In this document: positions 1-8,717 of the stretch, piece after piece
How the letters are laid out: every line of letters begins with the position of its first letter
Position numbering within the stretch: position 1 is the stretch's first letter
Assembly: GCA_963796275.1 (NCBI GenBank)
Contig: CAWCKY010000003.1
Span: 1,280,001 to 1,344,000, forward strand
Source: an uncultured Acidobacteriota bacterium
Lineage (GTDB): Bacteria > Acidobacteriota > Blastocatellia > RBC074
Reading direction: 5' to 3'
DNA length: 64,000 nt
The notes under the pieces: model-generated
Told to the model about the DNA's origin: nothing
Seen by the model: the letters and a program-made list of their open reading frames with translations, nothing else
The model's database searches: none
Program-made: the position numbers and the translations under genes

Positions 1-16
1 CTTTTGGGAGGCACCT

Positions 17-1030
17 TTGGGTTACAAAATTCTGCTTGCGGATGACAGCGTTACAGTACAAAAGATCATCACGCTGACTTTTTCAGATGAAGGCGCAGAG
101 GTTTCGACAGTTAATAATGGTGAGGAAGCCATTACACGTTTGCGTTATATTCGACCTGACCTGGTGATGGCAGACGTATCGATCCCGGGGAAGGATGGCT
201 ACGATATTTGCGAATTCGTCAAAACGCACCCTGACTTGAAGGGCACGCCGGTTATCCTGCTCGTTCCGGCATTTGAGCCGTACGACGAGGAGAGAGCCCG
301 CCGGGCGGGGGCCGATTACCATCTCACGAAACCCTTTCAATCCATCCGGACGCTGATCTCGACCGTCAAAAACCTGATCGAATCGAGTGGGCGAAGGATT
401 ACTCGGACCGATACGGGAGAATTTCAACCCCCGAAAAATAGAAATAACCGCCTCTCCGAACGCGGCATGTTCGAAGCCGGTGACCTCCGCGGCCCCACAG
501 ATGCTCATAATGAGCGACAATCGTTGAATATCGAAGGCGACTGGCTCAGCGACAGTTCAGATGGCGATGTTCTGCACGTGTCGAACGGGGAAGATAGCCG
601 ATCGGCTGCGGCAGGCTCACGCCGAGCAGCAGTAGAAAGAACAGCTCCATCGCGCGGCGCATTCGACGAAGACCTGGATCACGTCCTCGAGCTTGACGAC
701 GTTCTGACCGAACTCTGGAGCGATACTGCGGCTCCGGGCATCGAGTCCGGACGCCGCGCAACTGCTACTGAAGCAGGTGGCATTACGACGCTGGTTGCCG
801 CCGCCGATACCGGAGTTCAGGGAGTGTCGCTGGCGCTAGGCCAAAGTTCGATCGACGAGATCGCCGATCGCGTTGTGGCGAAGGTAATGGAGAGGTTGTC
901 GGTTCTCTTGAACGAACAATTGTCCAGCCGTATTGCAGGCGAAGTCATCGAGATCATCAAACGACAGCAGGCGGCAGGGAAAGCTGCCTATCATGAAGCT
1001 GATTCGCTACTTGAATTGGACGAAGTTTGA
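17..1030 (+). CDS. Response regulator, RomR-like (receiver + disordered acidic linker + C-terminal helix)
   Basis: ILLADDS, PDLVMAD and ADYHLTKPF receiver motifs; GGAGG before the TTG start; directly upstream of valS. Confidence 0.8.
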   Translation: MGYKILLADDSVTVQKIITLTFSDEGAEVSTVNNGEEAITRLRYIRPDLVMADVSIPGKDGYDICEFVKTHPDLKGTPVILLVPAFEPYDEERARRAGADYHLTKPFQSIRTLISTVKNLIESSGRRITRTDTGEFQPPKNRNNRLSERGMFEAGDLRGPTDAHNERQSLNIEGDWLSDSSDGDVLHVSNGEDSRSAAAGSRRAAVERTAPSRGAFDEDLDHVLELDDVLTELWSDTAAPGIESGRRATATEAGGITTLVAAADTGVQGVSLALGQSSIDEIADRVVAKVMERLSVLLNEQLSSRIAGEVIEIIKRQQAAGKAAYHEADSLLELDEV

Positions 1031-1163
1031 GTCCGAAGAGAATAGCGAGAAAAAAAACAGTACCGCGAACAGTAGCGAGCGAGTCTTGATCGATGATAGA
1101 TTGAAGGTTCGCTCGCTTACTGCCCGCGGTACTGATTTTTTTCTCTCCCCGTCGTTGAATATT

Positions 1164-3932
1164 ATGGAAATTGCGAAGAGATACGAACCTAAAGAGGTCG
1201 AAGGGCGATGGTACCCATTTTGGGAACGCGAACGCTTCTTCGCGCCTGAGCCAGTCTCCAGGACGTCCGATGCTCCCATCTTCTCGATGGTTATCCCGCC
1301 GCCGAATGTGACTGGTTCTCTGCACATGGGCCATGCGCTCAATCACACGCTGCAAGACGTATTGGCGCGGTGGCGGCGGATGAGCGGCGACCGCGTGTTG
1401 TGGCTGCCCGGCTGCGACCACGCTGGAATCGCTACGCAGATGGTAGTAGAGAAGCAACTCGACAAGGAAGGAATAAAACGCCAGGACTTGGGACGCGAGA
1501 AATTTGTCGAGCGCGTCTGGCAGTGGAAAGAGCACTCGGGCGGCACGATTCAAAGGCAGATGCGCCTCCTCGGCGATTCGGTGGACTGGGCGCGCGAACG
1601 CTACACCATGGATGAAGGTCTCTCTAACGCCGTCAAAGAGGTCTTCGTGAGATTTCATGACGAGGGATTGATCTATCGCGGCGAGTATATGGTCAATTGG
1701 TCGCCAGGGTTGCAGACGGCGGTCTCCGATCTCGAAGTGGAGATGAAACCCATCAATGGCAAGCTCTACCATATCGCCTATCCGGTCGACCGAAATGTGA
1801 CAGAACGCGTGGAAGGCTTGGTTGATGCCTATGCGGCGGCGGATAAAGCCAGATCGGGTCTGCTCAGCACAGATGCCGGCGATTTCGTTATCGTCGTGAC
1901 GACTCGCCCCGAAACGATGCTGGGCGACACGGCGGTCGCGCTCAATCCCGCCGATGCGCAGGCGGGCAGCCGGTATGCTGGAATCGCGGGCCGGAATGCC
2001 GTGCTTCCCCTGGTCGGGCGGGTGTTGCCCTTCATCGAAGATGAAGTTGTTGAGAAGGATTTCGGCACCGGTTTGGTCAAAGTCACGCCGGCGCACGATC
2101 CCACCGATTTCGCTATGGGTAAGCGGCATGGACTCCCGTTCATTCAGGTCATCGGTAAAGATGCGAAGATGACCGATGCGGTGCCCGAAAAATTTCGCGG
2201 GATGGACCGCTACCAGGCTCGCAAAGCGGTGGCCGCCGATCTCGAGGAATTGGGTTTATTGCTCAAGGTCGAGGATTACACGCATAATGTCGGCCATTGC
2301 CAGCGCAGCCAGGTGGCGATCGAGCCATTGATTTCAACACAGTGGTTTCTGCGGATGAAATCGCTGGCGGAGCCGGCGATTGCCGCGGTGCGCGACGGGC
2401 GCACGAAGTTTGTGCCGGAGAACATGGCCAAGATCTATTTCAACTGGCTGGAGAACATCCAGGATTGGTGCATCTCGCGCCAGCTGTGGTGGGGTCATCG
2501 CATACCGGCGTGGTATACGCCGGCGGGCGAAATCGTCGTCGCGCGCGACGAGGAGGAAGCCCGGGGACGTCTCGAGTCGCGCGGCATCGATCCGAAGGTC
2601 GAGTTACGCGCAGAAGAAGACGTGCTCGACACCTGGTTTTCGTCGCAGCTCTGGCCGTTCTCAACCCTGGGCTGGCCCGAGGAGACCGAAGACCTCAAGA
2701 CCTTCTATCCGACTTCTGTTCTGATCACCGGCTTCGACATCATCTTCTTCTGGGTCGCGCGAATGATGATGATGGGTCTGAACTTTATGGGCGATGTCCC
2801 ATTTCGTACGGTATACATCAACGCCCTGGTGCTCGACCCTGAAGGGAAGAAGATGTCGAAGACCACCGGCAATGTGGTCGATCCGCTCGATGTCTTCGAT
2901 AAATATGGTACGGATGCCGCGCGCTTTATGCTGACCGCGGCTTCCACCGCAGGGCTCGCGCTTACGCTGCAGGAATCCAAGCTGGAATCGGCGCGGAACT
3001 TCGCCAACAAGATCTGGAACGCCTCGCGGTTCGTCCTTCTCAATTGCGACGACGTGCTGAGCGAGAAAGTGCCGATCGATTGGGAGACGCAGCTCGCTCC
3101 GCCTGAATTGGCCGACCTCTGGATTTTGAGCCGCCTCAACCGAACCGCGCTGGAGGTCAACAATGCATTGGCAGAATACCGCTTTCACGAGGCGGCGGCG
3201 GAACTCTATCACTACTTCTGGGATGATTTTTGCGATTGGTATATCGAATTGTCGAAGCCATTTGTGACGGCAAAGGGAGAGTCGCCGCAGAATGTGGCGG
3301 TCAAGCGCAGGATAATCTACGTGCTCGAGCGCAGTTTGAGGCTTTTACATCCGATCATGCCCTTCATTACCGAAGAGATCTGGCAGAGGCTCCCGCACAA
3401 GGGCGACACGATCACACTGGCTGAATTCGTATCGCATAATCCGGCGAACATCGATGAGCGCGCCGAACGCGAGATGAATCTCGTGATCGAGATCGTGACC
3501 AGACTACGGAGCATCCGTGCTGAGTTCAACATTCCGCCATCCACGCGGCTGCACGCGCAGATTATGCCGGCGAACGAGAGCGCGCGGAAAGTGATCGACC
3601 GGATGGGAGATCACATTAAGCGTCTGGCGTGGATCGAACAACTAGATCTCGTCGAGACGTTACCAGCGCGGCGCGGCTATGCGCGGGATGTCACGAGCGG
3701 CGCAGCGCTTGCAGTGCCGCTTGAAGGCTTGATAGATTTTGAGAATGAGCGGGCCCGTCTCGAGAGAGAATTGGCCAAGCTGGTCGCGGAACGGGAAGGC
3801 CTGGAGAAACGGCTGGCGAATCAAGATTTCATCAATCGCGCTGCTCCCGATGTTGTCGAGCGCACCCGCGATCGCGCGGTCGAACTCGAGAGCAGAATCG
3901 CAAAGATTCGATCAATGATCGAAACAATTTGA
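1164..3932 (+). CDS. valS: Valyl-tRNA synthetase
   Basis: [31 protein letters not shown]-terminal coiled coil; start moved to ATG 1164 (MEIAKRY). Confidence 0.97.
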   Translation: MEIAKRYEPKEVEGRWYPFWERERFFAPEPVSRTSDAPIFSMVIPPPNVTGSLHMGHALNHTLQDVLARWRRMSGDRVLWLPGCDHAGIATQMVVEKQLDKEGIKRQDLGREKFVERVWQWKEHSGGTIQRQMRLLGDSVDWARERYTMDEGLSNAVKEVFVRFHDEGLIYRGEYMVNWSPGLQTAVSDLEVEMKPINGKLYHIAYPVDRNVTERVEGLVDAYAAADKARSGLLSTDAGDFVIVVTTRPETMLGDTAVALNPADAQAGSRYAGIAGRNAVLPLVGRVLPFIEDEVVEKDFGTGLVKVTPAHDPTDFAMGKRHGLPFIQVIGKDAKMTDAVPEKFRGMDRYQARKAVAADLEELGLLLKVEDYTHNVGHCQRSQVAIEPLISTQWFLRMKSLAEPAIAAVRDGRTKFVPENMAKIYFNWLENIQDWCISRQLWWGHRIPAWYTPAGEIVVARDEEEARGRLESRGIDPKVELRAEEDVLDTWFSSQLWPFSTLGWPEETEDLKTFYPTSVLITGFDIIFFWVARMMMMGLNFMGDVPFRTVYINALVLDPEGKKMSKTTGNVVDPLDVFDKYGTDAARFMLTAASTAGLALTLQESKLESARNFANKIWNASRFVLLNCDDVLSEKVPIDWETQLAPPELADLWILSRLNRTALEVNNALAEYRFHEAAAELYHYFWDDFCDWYIELSKPFVTAKGESPQNVAVKRRIIYVLERSLRLLHPIMPFITEEIWQRLPHKGDTITLAEFVSHNPANIDERAEREMNLVIEIVTRLRSIRAEFNIPPSTRLHAQIMPANESARKVIDRMGDHIKRLAWIEQLDLVETLPARRGYARDVTSGAALAVPLEGLIDFENERARLERELAKLVAEREGLEKRLANQDFINRAAPDVVERTRDRAVELESRIAKIRSMIETI

Positions 3933-4069
3933 TCGGAAAGCGGCAGGAATTTTCGCCAAACACAAACCGCAAAGAAATCAAAATTATTCCATTTGTACTG
4001 CATGTTTCTTTATAAGTTTGTTGTGGTGACCTTTCCTCTACAGTTCGCAGTCCGAAGTCCGCAATACGT

Positions 4070-4936
4070 ATGATCAATCCACTCGACCTCGAACTGGTCT
4101 ATGAAATAGTGAACGCGGCATTGGATGAAGACCTGGGGCGTGGTGACATCACGTCACGCGCGGTAGTACGCCGGGGAGTGAAAGCGCGGGGCAGCTTTAT
4201 CGCCAAGCAGGATTTTATTCTAGCGGGCCTCGAGGTCGCCGACGCAGTATTCACTACATTCGACCCTTATCTACAAATCGAATCGTCAGTCGGCGATGGC
4301 GAGGAAATAAAAGCGGGCAAAGTCTTTGCCCGAACATCGGGCGATGCCCAGATCTTACTGGCTGCCGAACGCGTCGCGCTCAATTTTCTGCAGCGTCTCT
4401 CGGGTATTGCAACTATGACGCGGGCTTATGTCGATGCGATTGCAGGGACGGGAGCGCGGATTGTTGATACGCGCAAAACAACTCCCGGTCTCCGTGTTCT
4501 CGAAAAATATGCGGTGACCGTGGGTTGCGGTCACAATCACCGGCTCGGCCTGGATGATGGCGTACTGATCAAGGATAATCATCTGGCGATGGCGGGAAGC
4601 ATTACAGAAGCCCTCCGGCGCGCGCGTGAAACGGCCGGTCATCTACACAAGATCGAGGTCGAAGTTGCAACGCTCGATCAGGTTCGAGAAGCGTTGGAAG
4701 TAAATGCGGATATATTACTGTTGGACAACATGCCTCCGGAGATGGTGAGGGATGCCGTCGAAATCGTCCGAAAAAACGAATCGAACGAGCGGCGCACTTT
4801 GACCGAAGCATCGGGTGGCATAAGTCTCGTAAACGTGCGCGCGTATGCGGAAGCTGGTGTCGATATGATATCCATCGGAGCGCTGACACACTCAGCGCCG
4901 GCGGTAGATATAAGTTTCAAAATAAAACCCGCATAA
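4070..4936 (+). CDS. nadC: Nicotinate-nucleotide pyrophosphorylase (QPRTase)
   Basis: DTRKTTPGLR, HRLGLDD, LIKDNH, EASGGI. Confidence 0.96.
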   Translation: MINPLDLELVYEIVNAALDEDLGRGDITSRAVVRRGVKARGSFIAKQDFILAGLEVADAVFTTFDPYLQIESSVGDGEEIKAGKVFARTSGDAQILLAAERVALNFLQRLSGIATMTRAYVDAIAGTGARIVDTRKTTPGLRVLEKYAVTVGCGHNHRLGLDDGVLIKDNHLAMAGSITEALRRARETAGHLHKIEVEVATLDQVREALEVNADILLLDNMPPEMVRDAVEIVRKNESNERRTLTEASGGISLVNVRAYAEAGVDMISIGALTHSAPAVDISFKIKPA

Positions 4937-5009
4937 GTATTGCGAATTGACCCTAGATCGGCGCAACGACAAGGTTGCGTTATCCGAATCAGAATTCTGG
5001 TTTTAGAAA

Positions 5010-5816
5010 ATGGCGACAGGTGAAAAACGAGAGCCTTACGTTTCGCAAACTTGCAATCAACCAGCGATCCGCGAGCTTTATCCCTTCATTATTCATCATT
5101 TCACATCGATCGACTCAACCAACGATCAACTAAAAAAGATGGTTAGCGCGCCCGAGTTCACCTGCGTCATCGCCGATCAACAGACGGCGGGGAGGGGAAG
5201 ACACGGTCGTACCTGGCATTCGGCGCCTGGAGATGGCCTCTATCTTTCAGTTCTGTTATGCCCGCAAGGAGCTTCAAGAATCCCTTCACTTAGCCTGATG
5301 GCGGGTATCGCTGTGGCCGAGGTTTTGATCGCTCGGGATATTACGGGCGTCGATATCAAATGGCCCAACGATGTTTTGGTGAACGATCGAAAAGTTTGCG
5401 GGGTATTGGTTGAAGGGACCTGCGCGGGGTCGAATCAACACCGCATTGTCATCGGGATTGGCGTCAATCTCAATCACCGATCGTTTCCGCAAAAACTCAG
5501 TCGAACGGCAACCTCGTTGCTGATAGAAACGGGTAGCCCGGTCGATATTGATGAATTTTGCGGTCGGTTACTCCAGCGCATCGCTGATTGGTATGAACGA
5601 TGGAAGCTGGGTGATGGAATCATCAACCGCTTTCAGGAACTTTCAAGCTACGCAAAGGGTCGAATGGTCATTGTGACGCTCGGCGATGAGCAGATCGTCG
5701 GCCAGACCGCGGGATTGTCGGAAACAGGCGCACTGAGAGTAGCGACAGGCGACGGCAGGGAAAAACTGATCATGGCTGGTGAAGTTATGAAGGTGAGAAC
5801 GATGGAACAATTGTAA
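5010..5816 (+). CDS. birA: Biotin-[acetyl-CoA carboxylase] ligase, no HTH
   Basis: STND, QTAGRGRHGRTW, IKWPND, KVCGVLVE. Confidence 0.93.
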   Translation: MATGEKREPYVSQTCNQPAIRELYPFIIHHFTSIDSTNDQLKKMVSAPEFTCVIADQQTAGRGRHGRTWHSAPGDGLYLSVLLCPQGASRIPSLSLMAGIAVAEVLIARDITGVDIKWPNDVLVNDRKVCGVLVEGTCAGSNQHRIVIGIGVNLNHRSFPQKLSRTATSLLIETGSPVDIDEFCGRLLQRIADWYERWKLGDGIINRFQELSSYAKGRMVIVTLGDEQIVGQTAGLSETGALRVATGDGREKLIMAGEVMKVRTMEQL

Positions 5817-5911
5817 ATACTTCGCGTGCCGGAAGCTTCAGAACGATATAAAAATTCTTACACCGCCTCTCCAACTTTTTTCTTTACCACCTCACATTCA
5901 GACGTTTGAAG

Positions 5912-5940
5912 TTGAACAGCTTATGCGGCGCGGGTAAGAT
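5912..5940 (+). promoter_or_regulatory. Putative sigma70 promoter
   Basis: TTGAAC-17 nt-TAAGAT upstream of the 5978 ORF. Confidence 0.4.
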
Positions 5941-5977
5941 GTTATTTCACTGACATCTCCCGATTCAAAATGCGCAT

Positions 5978-6715
5978 ATGCTTGGTGCGATGAATTACTT
6001 CAATTACTTTACAGAAATCGAAGAAGAGTTCGTTAAACGACGTGGGAGTCATCTTCTCGTCTCTCCTCTCGATTGGTCGTTGATCGAGACGTGGAAACAG
6101 CGGGGCGTGCCTTTACATATCGTGCTGCGCGGAATCAATGCTTCGTTCAATGCCTATGATCAGCGTGCGTCCCGCGGCCGTAAAGTCAACTCGCTTCTCT
6201 ATTGCCAGCAGGAAGTCGAAGCGATGTTCCTCGATTACCGCGAGTCGCGCGTCGGCGCCAACGGTGATGGGAGAGTTGAAAACGGCACAGATTCGAAAGG
6301 ACGCCGGGAAGATCATTTCAATCCGCCGGCGATCATCGATTATTTGACCGAACATCACAAAGCGCTCGCGCAGCTTCACGCCAGACATTCGTCTGATGCG
6401 ATTTTGAACGAGACTTTTACGCGAGCCGCTGTTCGTCTCGGCCAGATAATCGATGACTTGCAGGCATCAAAAAATATTTCTCCTGAATCGCTCGAGGTAG
6501 ATCTGACAATGATCGAAGAGGCGATCCTCGATGGATTGAGAAGCAGCGCGGGTGTAGAAAAACTCGCGCAGATACAAAAAGAGGGCAATCAGCAACTCAA
6601 ATCCTATCGTCAGACTATGGAGCCGGCGGTATACCAGCAGACTATCGATAACCTCATCGCACGCCGCCTGCGCGAGCAATATCACGTCCCCCGGTTGAGT
6701 TTGTTCTACATCTGA
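5978..6715 (+). CDS. Hypothetical protein, N-terminus resembles the DnaD (DDBH2) domain
   Basis: 245-aa ORF, 7 nt before the next gene; SPLDWSLIETW...IVLRGI...NSLLYC pattern; start may be 5990. Confidence 0.7.
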   Translation: MLGAMNYFNYFTEIEEEFVKRRGSHLLVSPLDWSLIETWKQRGVPLHIVLRGINASFNAYDQRASRGRKVNSLLYCQQEVEAMFLDYRESRVGANGDGRVENGTDSKGRREDHFNPPAIIDYLTEHHKALAQLHARHSSDAILNETFTRAAVRLGQIIDDLQASKNISPESLEVDLTMIEEAILDGLRSSAGVEKLAQIQKEGNQQLKSYRQTMEPAVYQQTIDNLIARRLREQYHVPRLSLFYI

Positions 6716-6722
6716 GAAGAAT

Positions 6723-7958
6723 ATGGCGACAGACGCGGACGTATTTGCCTATGAGCTCGCGCCCGGCGAAGTTCACGAAGTGACCATTGAAAAGCTCGTG
6801 TATGGAGGTGATGGACTGGCGCGCATCGGGACCCAGGCTGTTTTTGTGCCCTTTGCTGCTGCCGGTGACAAGTTGCGGGTCCGCGTCACAGACGTCGAAC
6901 GGAATTACGCGCGCGCCGTCATCGAAGAGATCGTCAGCCCATCGGAAACCCGCCGTACGCCTCCCTGCGTTTACTACGGCAACTGCGGCGGTTGCCAGCT
7001 TCAGCATTTAAATTATCAGGCGCAACTTGAAGCGAAGGTTTCTTTCGTGCGCGAATCGCTGCGGCGCATCGGCAACATCGAATGGGCTGGCGAGATCGGC
7101 GTTCGCGCGGCGTCGGAGTTCGGCTATCGTTCGCGTGCGGAGATCAAAGTCTCCCGAAGCGAAGCGGACGAGCCGCTCATCGGCTATTTTCGCTCAGGCA
7201 CTCAGGCCGTCTGCGAAATAACAGATTGTTTGATCCTGTCGCCGGCCGCTAATCGCGAATTGCAGCGGTTGCATTCCGAACCCTCGCTCATACCGAATGA
7301 TGCGACGCGGGTCTACCTGACGGTCGGCGATGACGAAGTGATCGTCACTCCGGCCACCGGCGAAAATGGGCGGAGCGATGAGATCGATGCGCTCGGGACG
7401 GCTTACCAGAGGATTGCCGGCACGAATTATGGTTTCGGTGTCAGATCATTTTTTCAAGGTAATCGGCTTTTGGTGGAAGATCTAATTCACGCGGCGATCG
7501 GCGATGCGCACGGGGCATTTGCGGTCGATCTATATGCCGGAGTCGGTCTCTTCAGCCTGCAACTGGCCCGGAATTTCGAACAGGTATGCGCGGTCGAAGG
7601 CAATCGAGCTGCGGCTAATCATGGTATGGAGAATGTGCGAGCGAATGGCCTGAATAATGTGCGATACGAACCGATATCGGTCGAGGCGTGGTTGAAATAC
7701 AAATCATCGGAAGTGCCGAGGCCCGATCTGGTCTTGCTCGATCCGCCGCGCTCCGGCGCCGGCCCGCAGATAATCGAGCGGGTTGTGGCGCTTGCACCTC
7801 CCTCGGTGACCTATGTTTCCTGCGATCCGGCGACTCTGGCGCGCGACCTGCGAATGATGCTCGATTTCAACTATCGTATCGATTCGATCACGGTTGTCGA
7901 TATGTTTCCTCAGACTTTTCACGTTGAAACAGTTGTTCATCTTAGTATTTCAGTATAA
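6723..7958 (+). CDS. RNA uracil-5-methyltransferase (RlmD/TrmA family)
   Basis: TRAM domain, CVYYGNCGGC, VDLYAGVGLF, DPPRSG, YVSCDPATLARD, DMFPQTFHVE. Confidence 0.92.
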   Translation: MATDADVFAYELAPGEVHEVTIEKLVYGGDGLARIGTQAVFVPFAAAGDKLRVRVTDVERNYARAVIEEIVSPSETRRTPPCVYYGNCGGCQLQHLNYQAQLEAKVSFVRESLRRIGNIEWAGEIGVRAASEFGYRSRAEIKVSRSEADEPLIGYFRSGTQAVCEITDCLILSPAANRELQRLHSEPSLIPNDATRVYLTVGDDEVIVTPATGENGRSDEIDALGTAYQRIAGTNYGFGVRSFFQGNRLLVEDLIHAAIGDAHGAFAVDLYAGVGLFSLQLARNFEQVCAVEGNRAAANHGMENVRANGLNNVRYEPISVEAWLKYKSSEVPRPDLVLLDPPRSGAGPQIIERVVALAPPSVTYVSCDPATLARDLRMMLDFNYRIDSITVVDMFPQTFHVETVVHLSISV

Positions 7959-8259
7959 GCCGGAGCGTATCCTCGCCTCGCAATTCGGCTTCCCAGGAAT
8001 CATTGCAAAAAGCACGCGAGAGGTTGGGCTGCGACAACCTTCCGACGGAGGGGTAAAGCAGTAGCCCGGGTTGGAGCCTGCCGCTGCGATCCCAAACACC
8101 TGGCAAGATTCTATATCCACTCCAAATAAGGTAACGGTTCACGTGGGTGCACGAAATATGGCAGGCAGCGCTTGGACAAAGGCGTCCAACCAAACTATGC
8201 TTTGCGACGATGTGGCGCGCCTCAATATCACAACGCAAGACTGGGAACGCACTCCAGCG

Positions 8260-8477
8260 GGATTCTGCTGGCGAATTCAGAAAATGAAATTATCGGCTCT
8301 TAGCTCCGGAGAAGCGTTATGTTTATAGATCATGGCAAGTAAATATCTCCAGGTCCGGAGCGACATATGATGCCGTTTATATGCCGCTCCTCCGGAGCTG
8401 GGGCACTATTACGAAAAAATCTATAAACGTATCGCGCCTCTGGCGCTCCCGGATAAACGAATTCGCCAGCAGAATCC
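8260..8477. mobile_element. MITE-like insertion, 218 bp
   Basis: Perfect 19-bp TIR GGATTCTGCTGGCGAATTC (8260-8278 / 8459-8477); AGCG duplicated on both sides; extra 12-bp duplication at 8482-8493. Confidence 0.75.
8302..8447. repeat. REP/REPIN-like long imperfect hairpin
   Basis: AGCTCCGGAGAAGCGTTATGTTTATAGA (8302-8329) pairs with 8420-8447 (22/28); second inner arm pair around 8347-8403. Confidence 0.65.
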
Positions 8478-8717
8478 AGCGCAGAATCCAGCGGGAGTGC
8501 GCATAGTTTTGCTGTCGCTTCAGCAACAAGGGTGGTTACTGCTGATTCGCTGCACCGCGTATGAAAGCAGGTTACCCAGATAGATGACTTGAAAACCGAG
8601 ATGGCCGAGTTACGCGAGCGGCTGAGACAGAGTTCACACGTTGCCGGTGTTGGCGGAAGTGACAGTCTTTGGCAAGCAATCCCTACACGCCTAGAAACAA
8701 CGGGAGGGTTGAAGCTC

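Larger units (their letters stand above)
8197..8639 (+). pseudogene. IS66 transposase N-terminal remnant, interrupted and frameshifted
   Basis: Removing the 8260-8493 insert restores MLCDDVARLNITTQDWERTPAGVRIVLLSLQQQ...YE, then after a frameshift QVTQIDDLKTEMAELRERLRQSSH; resembles the DW..TP..V + coiled coil N-terminus of IS66 transposases. Confidence 0.65.

Noticed and set aside
933-1163. N-terminal extension of ValS in the ORF track
   Set aside because: Overlaps the upstream gene; homology begins at MEIAKRY (1164)
8589-8717. Upstream extension of the PP2C ORF
   Set aside because: In-frame IS66 remnant and spacer; the RBS supports ATG 8718
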